A stretch of 64,000 nucleotides of DNA from Syncephalis fuscata S228 (taxonomy: Eukaryota > Fungi > Zoopagomycota), in assembly GCA_025786725.1 (NCBI GenBank), contig JAHLTZ010000031.1, positions 62,001 to 126,000 of the forward strand. Reading direction: 5' to 3'. Below the pieces are notes generated by a model. That model was not told where the DNA came from, searched no databases, and worked only from the letters and a program-made list of their open reading frames with translations. The position numbers were made by a program, and so were the translations under genes. Below, one piece after another: positions 28,663-41,487 of this stretch (its first letter is position 1; every line of letters starts with the position of its first letter).

Positions 28663-31600
28663 TTAGGCAAAAGACAAGGTTCCAAGTGCACCGGTAACTA
28701 TGGGTAAAGCAAAAAGTCAGTATACAATAAAGATATTTATGACGTGTCTACAACGTCACATTATTTCTACTTACAACTGGTGCCTGTAGATCGCATAACT
28801 GTACGGAAGCATTGCATCCAGTAGTTATGCTGATCTGCGTTCTCGGCTTGTAAATAATACTTTTTGCCCGACTCGCTGGTGATAACAATAACGCCGTGCA
28901 TTTCGTGAACATTAGATGTTCTGGTATCGATACGATGTTGAAGGACACGTCGGCCTTCTGCTTGTTCCTTGGCCAATACCAATAGATCATCAAACAGGAA
29001 AGCAATACGTGGTTCGGATTTCTCCCAGGATTTTTCACCTTGGTACAGAGATCCTTGGTGGATCAATCGACGGGTGGATGAAATAAACTTGTCATCCAGC
29101 CCATTGAGTGAGCTTTGTACTTGAATGACTGATTCGCGCTGATGTACAAAAAGAAGCCTAATAGAACGATAGTGTATATTAGTATTGGCTTCTTATAGTG
29201 GATTTATAACGTGTACTTACATTAAAGAGCATTCTTTGTCCATACGCTCGAGGTCATCGGCACATAGCTTGATCGTCATATAGTCGGGATCTTCAGGCTG
29301 GTAGAGATCCAACAGCTGAAGGATAAAGGCGTGGTACTGGTGGATACGTCCTTTGGGAGAGGCCAAAAGAGCACGGACGTTAACAAAGCCAGCATTGGCC
29401 GTGCATGCCTAAATAATGGCAAATGCAGCTGTCAGTTATAGCTGTTATTTATTAAATAATAGCCATGCTTACCTTTAATGCACGACGGAAAAGAGTGCTG
29501 CGCTTTTGTAGTTGAACTAGATCAAAGAGCATCTGTGGATATTGGCGCAAGTAGTCCATGTGTAGACGGAGCCAGCGGCACTGTAATAATAATCGTTAGT
29601 ATGTCGATGTTGTTAAATAAATAGTAGTAATAGTTACATTTTGCGTAAAAGCAGAAATTGCATTTTCCATTATACCAGTTTGCTTGCGATCCAATGCACT
29701 ATAATTAAATTAAATATTAATTGTATTATTAATACGATGTATATAATAATTGTAACAATGCCAATTACCTTTGTTCAAGATCTCTTAACAGTTTTTCGTG
29801 ACGTGGAAGTAACTGTTCAATACCACCGAAAATACCAGTAATTTCGTCCTTGGTATAAGAACGATGGATGAAACGGTTCGATTTGGCCGCGTTCAATCGA
29901 AGTGGCTCAATGAAAGCGTTTCTGATCAACTGCAAAGTACGAACAAACTTCTTTTCGGTGGCAATCAAGTTGTAAAGAGCCTTGACACGCTCCTCTTCCA
30001 AATGTTCCAATTCTAATAATAATAATAAAGCATTAGTATAAATTAAATCAATATATTATTTATCATGTATTAACGATACTACTTACCTTCTTCTTCTTCG
30101 CCTAGCCATGCATCGCGATAATCGCAAAAGACATCGACAAAGGTGCTGTAGCCAGATCCTGACTCGACTGTTGGCGATCGCTGCATATTAATAATGCTTT
30201 GTTTCTGCGATGCAGCCGATTTCGATGATTTTCTACGATTAAGCGATTGCTGGTCGTAGGTTGGGCTTGATGGCTGATTAGCAATCTCCGTTTGAAGATG
30301 CGATAGCGAGGTTAGGAGCTGGGTAGCCCGTGAAGGCTTGGGAGGAAGACTGCTCTTGGAGCGACGGCCACCAAGTTGATGTAGCTCTAGTGCACCTAGA
30401 TCTGGTAGTTCACCACTGCTATTGGTGCGACTACGTTCAACTGGAGGCGGAAGAGCTGGGCAGTTATCCGGAGTTGGGTTATCCTCCTTTTGATAGCTTT
30501 CAATGATGCGGTAAACCGAGGCAATGGTCTCTTTTGACACGTAACGGCGTAGTCTTTGTGGTGGCATCAATTCATTAGGATTGCCGTGTTTCGCCTCGGC
30601 TTCGGTGTAGAAAGCCATCTGTGAAGGGTCTTCATAGTCACCTTCATCCTCTTCTTCAATGGTATAGTTGTTTAAAACTGGACTACCACCTGTTTCCAAA
30701 GGAGAAGTGACGGTGAGCTTGGGACTGCGACGGATCTCTGGCAATTGATCGTGCTGTTTAGTCGCGCTATAATGATTCATGCCAAAGGCTTCATCATTAA
30801 TCTCGCCATAGAGCTCATCAAAGTTAATCGCGTGATGCTCAGTTGATTCAGGACCAAAGTCGAATTCGTGATCGAGATATTGATCATCGGCATCGCCCTT
30901 GGAGCGGAAAATCGAACTATTAAGAGCCAAACGGCCGGTAGCCTTGCGAACAAGTCCGGTAAATCCATTAAGTGGGGATCGTTTGTTTTTACCGTTGCCT
31001 TGAGAATCCTTTGATGAAGATGGCTCCATGAAATTAATGACTTGTTCATCATCGTGTTGCAATGATGACATTGGCTATTAATAAAATGTTAGTTATTGTT
31101 TTAATTAACTAATAAAGTGTTCTAATAACTTACTCGGCCATCATATTCTTCGTCTTGGTTAGAGTTGGGACGACCAGAGTATAGGATCCATTGAGCAAAG
31201 TGTGGATCAGCCATAGACATTGCCGTATGGTTAAGGCCATATTCTTGGCGCATACGTGACGCCATAGCTGATTCAATCTTCTTTTCAGACGCAGCTGAGC
31301 TACGTCGCGACATGTCGCGCTGTTGATAAGACGAAGCAATGGATTCCTGGTCAAAGTTGACATTCTGCGCCAGCATAGCTGATTGCTGACGAGCATTAGT
31401 TGCATTTCTATTAATTACAGTTCTAGGTGATCGTGGGCTATTCATCTTTGGTGATAGCATTCCCTTGGGATCGGCCATCATACGAGTATGATCCATGCTG
31501 TTGTGACTGCCATTATTGTGCATGCCTAGACCTCGTGAAGCCGCATCCGTAATCATAACAGTTGGGCTGTGTGGCGAGTATTTATTAGGCGTATGAAGCT

Positions 31601-31981
31601 GATGCCAGTCGCTCATAATCGACGAGGCGGGCGAGTCGGGCATTGAGGTTGGCGTGGGTAGGTCGAAGGTGCCATCGCTTCTCATGGTGCTCGAGGTGAT
31701 GACAGAGAGTCGCTTTCTAACCATAGGCGAATCCTGTGTACGATAAAGGGTGGGTGATGGTGGTACCATAAAATTTGATGGTGCATTGTGTGGCAGGCTA
31801 CTATTACTATTGTTATTGCTATTACTATTGCTATGGCCATTGCTTTATTATTGGGTGTATCGTAATACACAGAGATGGCCGAGGGACGACGGCGTTGGTA
31901 TAACAATTCTGGTACATTACCAGCATCCCTCGCGCCTTCTGGACGAGCGACACCGGCATCAGAATGCTTTCGCGCAAACAT
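28663..31981 (-). CDS. Rho-family guanine nucleotide exchange factor (DH-PH) with long disordered N-terminus; apparent 1-nt frameshift near 31843
   Basis: DH domain: ERVKALYNLIATEKKFVRTLQLIRNAFIEPL, IFGGIEQLLPRHEKLLRDLEQR, LLASPKGRIQQY, EDPDY. PH domain: RRLIHQGSL, RIAFLFDDLLVLAK, KKYYLQAENADQHNYWMQ. A last short exon is inferred at 28697-28663; the alternative stop is at 28767 if the last intron is retained. Confidence 0.82.
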
Positions 31982-33348
31982 TATTGGTATACTGTTAGTA
32001 TTATTATAGTAGTAGTAGTACTATTAGTCTAGGTGGCGACAAATAAAGACAAGTGGCAATTTAACAAGTGACAGTATTAGCAGTGGTAGAGTAACGGTAT
32101 TAGTTGTAGTGGTATTGACGAGCGTTTAAAGACGAATATGTAAATTGAAGGTATATCAAATGGACACAGATGGTTTAGAGTGCCAAAGCGTAAACAAGCG
32201 TAAACAACGAAATAAAGAGAAAGAAATGAAGACAACTGTAAGAAACAAACCGATAATCAATATGACTACGGTTACTACAACTAGGTACAGAAAGATGATA
32301 AAGATGTAGAAAAAAGACAACGCCTGTGGACAGGTCGTTGTTTATTGAATTTAGTACGCCTTGACAGGCATTGGCAATCGCATGGCAGGACTGGCCTTGA
32401 TACTGGAGCGCATGCACTCTGCGGCCAAATAGCATGCGTGAGGCAACCGGTTATTGGTTCATGTGCCTTGATATCCACATGCTTTGTTGTACGAGCGTGA
32501 TGTTGTGTATTAACCAAGCAACAATACAGCATTGGCGCATTATTAACTGCATCCAAGGCAGAGAGCAAATGTGAGTAATAAACAGTTGGCAAACAAGCAA
32601 GGTAAACGAATAGTCCATTCATAATCCTGCCTTGTCACTATCATGCAGTAGACCATAATGTGCCCCGCAAGCGATTATCACCGATATTTCCCGGCATATT
32701 ATTTGTTTCTAACTGGTATTAAATGGAGTTAAGGTGCCATTATTAGTGTCATTGTGTGTTCAACATGTGTGTATGGCGACCAATAATGATCAGATAGCAT
32801 GGCAATTCTATCAATGATAGGTATAAATATTAGTAACACTAATGTATAATAATTGTAATAATAACGTATTTAATAATAAAACTATTTTACTATGACTCCC
32901 TAGCTTTAAACTAGAGACAAAAAGATTTATAACTCAAATAATAAACCGTCCATCAGCTTTTGATGCTGAGAATTGCTATTTGTTGAAGCGGCGCTATGTC
33001 AACTCTGATTAATTCAAGTGGAGCTGAATCAGTCTGCACTATTTTCAATATCCGATATTAGCGTTAATAAATGTTAATCCATGTTATTGTTGCTGTAGAG
33101 TATTCAAAGCATTATAGTTTGATATTTAATGTCTCTCACCATCCAGTTCCATGTTTAGTAGAACAACAAATGTGTAGTTCAATCAAGTAAAGATGTCAAT
33201 TTTGATCTTTTGATGCTGAATCCCATGAGTCTACTAATAAATTACTTAATATTAGTGGGCTATTTTACTTTTACTTTCATATTTTTATTTACTCATTCCA
33301 CTTCCTTTTTCTTATTACTATCTTATCGTTTTATATCCTTTTTAGATA

Positions 33349-33500
33349 TTCTATTTTATGGAAATGATAATGGACAATAATATTACGTTAATATTTATTG
33401 TGAATAATCCTTTAAACACAATCCAATTTAATCAAATCATTACGATCGATTGCTTAAAATGATTTATTGCGCTGAATGGGGGAAATCCAGATAATACCAA
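33349..33500 (+). repeat. Second copy of the ~140-150 bp promoter-proximal repeat module
   Basis: Matches 25118-25257 and ends ~78 bp before the ATG at 33578. Confidence 0.7.
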
Positions 33501-33577
33501 TCATTTAATAAAAATATTACCACTTTAATGTCACATTATCTTCGTGTTTTATTTACAAATCTAAAGTCAGAGGAATC

Positions 33578-35964
33578 ATGGATAATAGTGATACAATAGC
33601 TTTTCGTAATTTCCATGAGGTATAGTCAGAGGCGACTTGTTTATTCTTATAATAACTATTACTGACTAATTAGAAGAAACATATAAGAAAGCCTTCTCAC
33701 CAGCACCACTGGCAACAGGAAACAATGATGAATTGGCAAAAGCAATTTGAAGAGAGCGAGAGAATACGCAATGAAATGGAAGTGCAACTTAGGCGCACCA
33801 AACAGCAATGGCAGGCAGAAGTGGCAGAACTACAATTACAGACCAAGCTCTTAAAACAACAAATACTGGAGGAGCGGCATATACGTAAAAAGGAGCGAAT
33901 GCGTGTTGATTCGCGTCTACAGAAACTTGACACGTTAAGTGTTTATGGTAAAGAATAGAAAAGAAAATAGCAACTTTTATCTAACATCACAAAAAGGCCA
34001 TTCAACTATATTTGGTAGAGAAATATCTGCCTCAATGAATGTTTATCAGCGATTAGATATTGATCAACCATTAGCACCAAGTGAGTAATAGTATGGATAT
34101 TAGTTGGTGGGATATAACTATAATCTATTAGATCATGGCGAGTCATCCTATATTCCGTCAGTTGACCCCTATATGGTGGATATTATACAGTTATTTGAAA
34201 AGAAGGTAAGTTATCATAAGTTATGGCGAGCGAATGTTAATTAAATAAATTAGATGAACGATGCTCATGAGGAAATTAAACGACGCGATGAACAAATCGA
34301 CTTATTGACTAGTCAGATAGAAATGCTGCAGAATGAACCACTTGATACTATACAACGTGTGAATTCTAAAGAAAAAGCAATGCCAAGTCAATCTGAACAA
34401 GAGCTCAAAAAGCAAGCTTTATTCTTAAAAGATCAGTTAATATCGTGCGAACAGGTAACTATTAGCTATGATTATTTAACATCCGATTGGTATAACATTG
34501 GTGTAATTAGAATCTGGCATCAATAAGCAATGAGCGAAATATGCTGGCCAAAACAAATGCAATGCTAGAAAAGAAACTTGATAGAACGAAACAACGAGCC
34601 CATCATGATGCAAGCTCATTGGCTACGCAGAAAAACATAACAGAGTAGGTCGATAGAACAATGAAATAGATGCATTGTTTAATAATGTCCCATATTTAGG
34701 GATATACAAAAGTCATTGGTCAATGAGGTCGATCAAACACGAATGAAATTAAAAACAGAACGACAGTAAGTTAACTGTTTATATACAAATCTACAAGTAA
34801 TAAATAATTGTTATTATCATTTAGACGAAATCAACAATTGGAAAAAACGATACAACAACTTTTACAAGAAGTAAATGATACTAAAAAGTAGGTATTTGTA
34901 ATTAATCAAAAGTTTAATTTTAATAGTAATTATCATAACAATATAACCCAGTGATCGTGATAAACTAATGGCTACATTAAAACAATTTCAACAACAATTA
35001 CGTAGTATTGAGATGATGATGAAAGATTTACATGCCGAGCGGGATAATTTACGTAAATTATACAACCAGGTGATTTTAGATAAGTAAATTAAATTTATTA
35101 TAGATTAATAGTTAAATAGACGACCGATCAGCTTAGTCGATTACAAAGAATTCAAGTTAGTGCAATATTTTATATTTACGCTTATTTATTTAAATAGTAT
35201 GAATCTAGTCTTATTCCAGTAAAACAAAACATGACGGCTATAATGATAATCATGGACTACTTTTGCCGTTATCCGACCCGTATGAATCGAAAAAGCAAGA
35301 AACAGCATTAGCAACGTTAGCGACCGAACGAGACCAGTAAGACATAATAAACAAATACCAATCATACTCGTTCTAACATTGCTTTAGGGCATTATTTAAA
35401 ATAGATCGTCAGAAACAAGAAGTGCAAACGACACGACAACACACCCATGAACTGGAAACTTCATTGTTAAAGCTACGACATGAAAACACGCAATTAATGA
35501 GACACGTACAAAAAGTAGACGATAATCTACATTTATTGGTGGGTCAGATTAATGGACATCAGGTACGTTATAGACAACAATTGACCAGTGCTCCAATAAA
35601 AAGCTGATTTAATTATAGCCATCGTATATGATGACTACATCCGAGTGTAAACACTCTATGGACAAACACGGAACGCGTACTTTTGAACAACCGCCTCAGT
35701 TGTTGTATGACGAGAAAAGTCGGCTACGAACAAAGACGATGTCGAAACGCAACGATAATGATACATCGATAGAAGGCGAGTCATTAATCTCATAAAGACA
35801 ATGCATCCATCTATCAGCATACTCATTGAGATGTATTCATAGGCGATATATTAAATTATAATCATCCATTACCGGTACGAGATCGTATGGAAAAAGAGTT
35901 ACGGCAACTACGCGATGATCTCGACAAATTATTACGTGACACGGATATCTATCACTCTACCTGA
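33578..35964 (+). CDS. Coiled-coil protein with CEP135/Bld10/TSGA10-like motifs; shortened, many short exons
   Basis: The spliced reading gives QRLDIDQPLAP, IPSVDPYMVDIIQLFEKK, EIKRRDEQIDLL and DRDKLMATLKQFQQQLRSIEMMMKDLHAERDNLRKLYNQ, in the same order as motifs I recall from animal CEP135. The existence of the gene is well supported by splice signals; the family call is from memory. Confidence 0.6.
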
Positions 35965-36441
35965 AAAATGTATAATTTTATAAATACCCCACTGAGCAAG
36001 ACATTGATGATATAAATAGCTGTCGTATTAAAAGAAGAATGGCTCTGGTGTAACACAATGGTCATCCTTAGGCCTTTGATCGTTCCTGCATGGCAATGCT
36101 GTTTTGTACTCTACCAATATTGAAGCTGATGGCGGCGATACCGTCTCTATTTTCCTATGGCCAACATCCATTCATAGTCCTGCTCTTGCTTCCTCTCTCT
36201 CCTTCTCTCTTTCATTTCTGGTTTGCCCTTTTTTCTTTCTTAGCATAACAGCATTTGTAGCATTGTGCATTCATACTTTGCATTCCAATCGTTGCAACAA
36301 ACAATTATTTTATTGAATGTTCAATTGATTGATTGATCGTGTACTTGATATCAGCATATCTACTGTATATATTCATATACATTGCATTTTTCTACACTTT
36401 GATAGCTAGTTATTGGTGGTGGGGCCTGTACCACACAGCCT

Positions 36442-37886
36442 ATGGTCGGGAATAAGCTATTCCAGGCGCATGAGCCGCGCACATTAGGTGTTGCTCGTAT
36501 TGTAACGCTTTTACTACTGACAGGCGGTTTATTTACGCTTGGTTATTTTGAACTGCTGCGTATTATCAAACCAGCTATTGCATATCGCGAGACAACAGAA
36601 ACCGATGCTATTTCTGTACCATCAGTAGTATTTTTTGGTGCAAATTCTATACTTACGGGTGCTCGTGTTGTGCTATCACGCACTTGGCCTTCTGCCACTC
36701 AGCAAGGCAATGATACGCAGTCGCTAGTCGTAGATACGCGTGAGATTAATGGTAAAAACAATAAGACAGCCATTTGGGTCCATCCAAGTGCATCAGCTTT
36801 GTTTTATCCAGAGAATGCTCGTGTATCCAGTACAGTTATGGCAAGCATTAGCGTGCGATTAACGTTAGAAGCCGGTCCGAATGCGGCTACTACTATTACC
36901 ACTCGTAATAACACATCAGCGTCGTTTATATCATTTGGTCTGCTACCTACAGATCGCAAATTAACCGAAGATACATTGGCCATATTCGATATGGTCGATG
37001 TGTTGGAGCCGCATTTAATTCAGCGTGCAATACTTGGTACTAATTATGTAATCCGACTACGTGAGCATAGAACAATCATGCCTGAAGGACAGCGTAATGT
37101 GGATTACGATGTTGGCGTAGACGCATTGGATGCCACTACAACAACTACAACGCAATTCACATTGCAGCCAGCACACGAACGAGCTAGCAGCAATGAAGAT
37201 TTGTCATTCCAGTACGTATTGGTGAGCCAGCACACACTTGGTTCGATATGATTAGTTTATTAGGCAGTGCTATTACATTTGCCATGATACTATACACATT
37301 CCTATTTGGTCTTGCACGTTTACGGCCTTGGGGCGTTGTTCAGCGCTATTTACTACGTGGCCATATGCTTGCTCGCTTGCCATCCGGCGTGACTTGGGTG
37401 CCAGTGACTGAGGAAAGCATGTTTGGCACTGAAGGAAAAATAGGCGATGACGGCAGCATGCGTGAAGTCAAAAGCGCAATTCAACGTTCCGAAAGTATTG
37501 ATAGTGCTATTGGTAAAGATACAAGACGGCATACGGCCACTGTACCGCAAGTGGTCCGTATGGCGCAGCGACAACGTGCCATGTCATTTGGCAGTCCTGT
37601 CATCAATAAGAGTCCACGGCGTCATGCGTATCGGCTTTCCGATCCTGATTTTGATCAGCCACCTCCATGGACTGGTGGCACGCCAGAGACACCGCGTGAT
37701 ATTGCACTTATGCATCGGCTCGAATGGATAGAAGGACGCTGGCGCGAAACTCGTACCGATCACGTAACACATATGGCCGGGCTGTCCGATCGACTGGCCG
37801 AGCTGGAAGCATTCCAGCGTCGCGTTGAAATCTTTTATCATGATACCGAACTTTTCGGTGGCAGTAAGAACGAAACAAACAGCTAA
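36442..37886 (+). CDS. Two-TM membrane protein with a large extracellular loop; one gene split by a 1-nt frameshift near 37235
   Basis: TM1 IVTLLLLTGGLFTLGYF, a ~225-aa beta-rich loop with NxS/T sites, then after the shift TWFDMISLLGSAITFAMILYTFLFG-LARLRPWGVVQRYLL, and a C-terminal coil RLAELEAFQRRVEIFYHDTELF. Confidence 0.7.
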
Positions 37887-38124
37887 CCAGCTGCAATGCT
37901 ATGACTTTCAATCAATGCGCTTCAATATTTGCTACTTGCGTGTTTGTCGCGCTGCTTCTTGATGTTAAAACTTTATATTCCATCTTTATTCAAATCATGT
38001 TATCGTCAATGTTGATAAATATCAAAATTGTAAATTAAAATAACACTTGCTATTGTTACTGCCGCTATTATTGATCAACAAAGCACAGAGTAACAATCCA
38101 ATTAAAACAATTTATTATTGCTTA

Positions 38125-38436
38125 TTAATTCTGTTGAGCATTCGTTTGTTGCAATGCTTGTTCCATGCCTGCTAACTGCGCAGCAATGGCTTCGTCGTAT
38201 TTCGTGGCGTTATCACTTTGGCGCAGTTTGCCCAAAGCTGTGCTTAGTTCGGTAACTTGTGCCGAGGATATTCCATCGCCGACCCAGTCCACAGCTTGAA
38301 TTTCTTCCATATGTTGTGTGCCAAACGCAGCAATTACCTAGTGCATGGTTAGTAGTGTCTTAATGACTGCGGCTAAACGCATTACTTCAGATTGGTCAGC
38401 CTGTTGTTGTGCTGGCGGCAAGTGGGTGGCAGCCAT
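38125..38436 (-). CDS. Small (~87 aa) hypothetical protein; 48-nt intron 38338-38385
   Basis: MAATHLPPAQQQADQSE|gtaatg...actaaccatgcactag|VIAAFGTQHMEEIQAVDWVGDG...QTNAQQN*. A perfect ACTAAC branch point and in-frame join link the two ORF-track fragments. Confidence 0.65.
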
Positions 38437-39437
38437 TGTCAATGTTACTATTTCAAAACGAATAAAGCGATATGAGTTCAAAAAGGAAGAGCTATATTTG
38501 ATAAACCAATCATCAACATCTGTAACATGTCGGATACTCGTTGTGTAACTACATAATGCGTATCTATAACGACGTGTAGTATATACATGATACATAGTGT
38601 GTATACAATACTCTATACCTTCTCCATGTTCGTTATATAAGAATGTTGAATTTTTATAAGGAATAAAGAATCATTATCATATGCTTTTAACATTAGACCA
38701 CAAATATGTGTACTTTATATTTTGTCTTTCAATTTACATGCTTTATTTGTTTCAACACTCGTGACCTGTTGAAGAACAAGGTTAAAATGATATTCTAACT
38801 ATATATTTTAAATATCATTTCAATTGAAGTCACGCTGCTATACACAATACAATTATATTGTTTCCTAATAAAATTTTGTTGATAAATTAATTTAAATAAA
38901 AAGCATATTTAATTTTTGAAACATTTAAAATCAATCATTGTTGTTGTTAGCCATGTGTAGAAAAGTAGACTAAAGTTGATAGAAGCCATATTGTAACAAA
39001 GAAGCTATTTTATAATTATTTAATTATGGCTCCGTTAAATGTAATATAGATTTAATCTTTACATATGACAATCTCTATTTATAGCAAGTCTAATTATTAT
39101 TATTATTATCACTATTTTTATCTTTTATCTTTCTTGTTATTGTTTTGTTTGATATTCTAGATACTGAACATCACAATATGAATATGCATATAGTTTTTAT
39201 TATTGAATAAAGAACTGTCGGGAAGCTACTATTGCATTTTATTTAAAATAGATTGAACAGTACGCGTATATACCAAATTACATATTCCGGTATCGTTTAA
39301 AATTGTCACATGACCAATTTGTATTTGATTATTTTATATAGAAACAGTAATAAATCTATTTAAACTATAAAAAAAATTCTTTTTTAATTCAAATTTATTT
39401 AAATATACACTTTAGAATTCAATATTACTCTGCTATA

Positions 39438-40860
39438 ATGACTTTATCATATTTACTAAAAGGCATTGTTCTACTTGCTTTGATTACACGCTGCAATGCA
39501 GCACCGGATAATGTTAACAGCCATCATCGCTAGCTGCTATATCACATCACAACGTCAGTTTATTTGCTGGTATTTCTAATGCATCTAAAGGAAGGCCAAT
39601 GCTATGGAATTCAAACAAACCCAGTATTGCGCCATCCGTAATTTCGTCGGCGCAATGGAGCTACCTTACAACATGGCTAACACGTTTAATATTACTAGTA
39701 TTAATATTAAAGCCAGATCTATTCTGTACACAAATGTCTGTATTAATAAGCAGCTGATAATAGGGGATTAGCCACTTGTTATAATCCAACCAAGTCCAAA
39801 CACAGATTCATGTATGATAATTGAGAGCGTAAATGGTAAAATGGTTTTGTTATTGCCAAATCAGCATAATATTGGACAGCTGGCCATAGAAGCAAAAGAA
39901 AAATCTGCTGCTGGGTGAATTGTCAGTAATGCAAAACCAACTATTCCATGCTCAATGCTAGTTATCTTGGCAAATATGCTATTTATTCAATGATAAAAGA
40001 GCTAGATGCTTAAAACAAAAAATTACTCTCTACTCAATTCTATTTGGGAAAATGGCAATTCCAGGACCAAGCAAAATGATAGGTGCCAAATGCTCAAATT
40101 GGGGACCTTCAGTAACGCTTAAATCAAGTCCAGAAATAATGGCACCTGGCTACGAAATGGTTACAACCACCAACAATAAGAATGAAAAATATAAGATTGT
40201 AGAAAGCGCCTTTTGCCACATCTTATATGGCTGGCTTGGCAGCACTCTACCTTAATCATTGTTTTAGAAACAATATTCCTGACTAAAATTGCAGGAACTT
40301 TGTTCAATTTTCCAAAATACAGCTACGACTTATATGATACTAAATACTAAATTTGTTGGTTCAGTGGCGCATCAAGGCGCAGGGCTGGCTAATGTCTTCC
40401 AAGCTATATCAAAAAAAATTAGTGTTTTTCTTTCGATAATCGAGCTTGGCGATAAATTGAAAACAAAAAAGAGCACGAATGACAGAACAACAGTTATAAC
40501 AATTAAAACGTATTTAATGAAGCAAATTTTTTTAATTAGACAACTTTCGTTCGTATTTATTCATGGTTTCTGTATCGACAAACCAACACACTACATTCAT
40601 GATACAAATGCCAAGCATGTTAGAGCCTTTTTTCTTCCAGATTATTCAGATTAGAACCAAACGAGACTAGGTCAATTAATATTCTTTTTAGTATACCAAA
40701 TTTCTTCTCTATGAAGACCACTGGATATATTTCGGTTACATCGTAATAGATTTAAATCCAATATCAGAAATCAAAGCATCAGCTCAAGCCATCCATGCCC
40801 CTTATTTTAGTGTAAATAGCAATATCAAAAACATTAAAGGACAGCTTGGCATTAATATAT
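39438..40860 (+). pseudogene. Degraded secreted subtilisin-like (S8) peptidase
   Basis: Signal peptide MTLSYLLKGIVLLALITRCNA. Fragments in shifting frames: SNWGP...PEIMAPG, FATSYMAGLAALYL (helix after the catalytic Ser), FQNTA, SVAHQGAGLANVFQAI, IELGD, HWIYFGYIVI, IHAPYF. Many stops; the Asp/His catalytic region is not found. Confidence 0.8.
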
Positions 40861-41487
40861 AACTAAAATAAACGCACAATTAAAATATTTTATTGAAATA
40901 TTGACACACAAAGCACATATTGTAAGCTATACTTACCTAATCAAGTACTATTTTATTATCAAACTAATGCGATTAGCTTGTAAGTGGGATGATATATTAA
41001 GCAGTTATATATTAATTACATGTAACATACTGTCTATAATTAATAATTTGTATCAATAGTTTGCAAGTGACATTATATTAAATAGCTGCGCTTTAAATTT
41101 ATATAATGGATTATACATTTTTACTGGCTTAATATCAACAGGATGTAAATGGAATAGTATAATAATTACTATGTGTTTAATTATTAACATTTATAATTGG
41201 TAAGTGCTATAACACATTGATTAATTATAAACTAAATCTATGCTATTTAATGTGCGTATTAGCAATTTGTAGTGCTAGATGGTAGGTGATGCTGTATATT
41301 AATCAACTATCCACTAAATGTATCCCGTGTACTATGTCTACAATGGCCTTTAGTGACAGCTTGTAAGTGAAGTTATATGATATTGCACATATACTAATTA
41401 AACAATAAGTGCTATATGTATTTACAAATATATGATAATCGATGCATGCAAAATATTGGCACTGGAAGTATAATTGGGTTTTTAACT

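Noticed and set aside
28663-31981. Functional clustering of the RhoGEF with the ROCK/MRCK-like kinase
   Set aside because: They are 25 kb and many unrelated genes apart; there is no evidence of linkage.
33470-33500. Resemblance of CTGA...ATCCAGATAATACCA to a TPP riboswitch core
   Set aside because: The P1-P3 helices and the downstream AGCG..GG are missing, the flanking genes are unrelated to thiamine, and the sequence belongs to a repeat module.
38338-38340. In-frame TAG suggesting stop-codon readthrough or reassignment
   Set aside because: It is the 3' splice acceptor of a 48-nt intron with an ACTAAC branch point.
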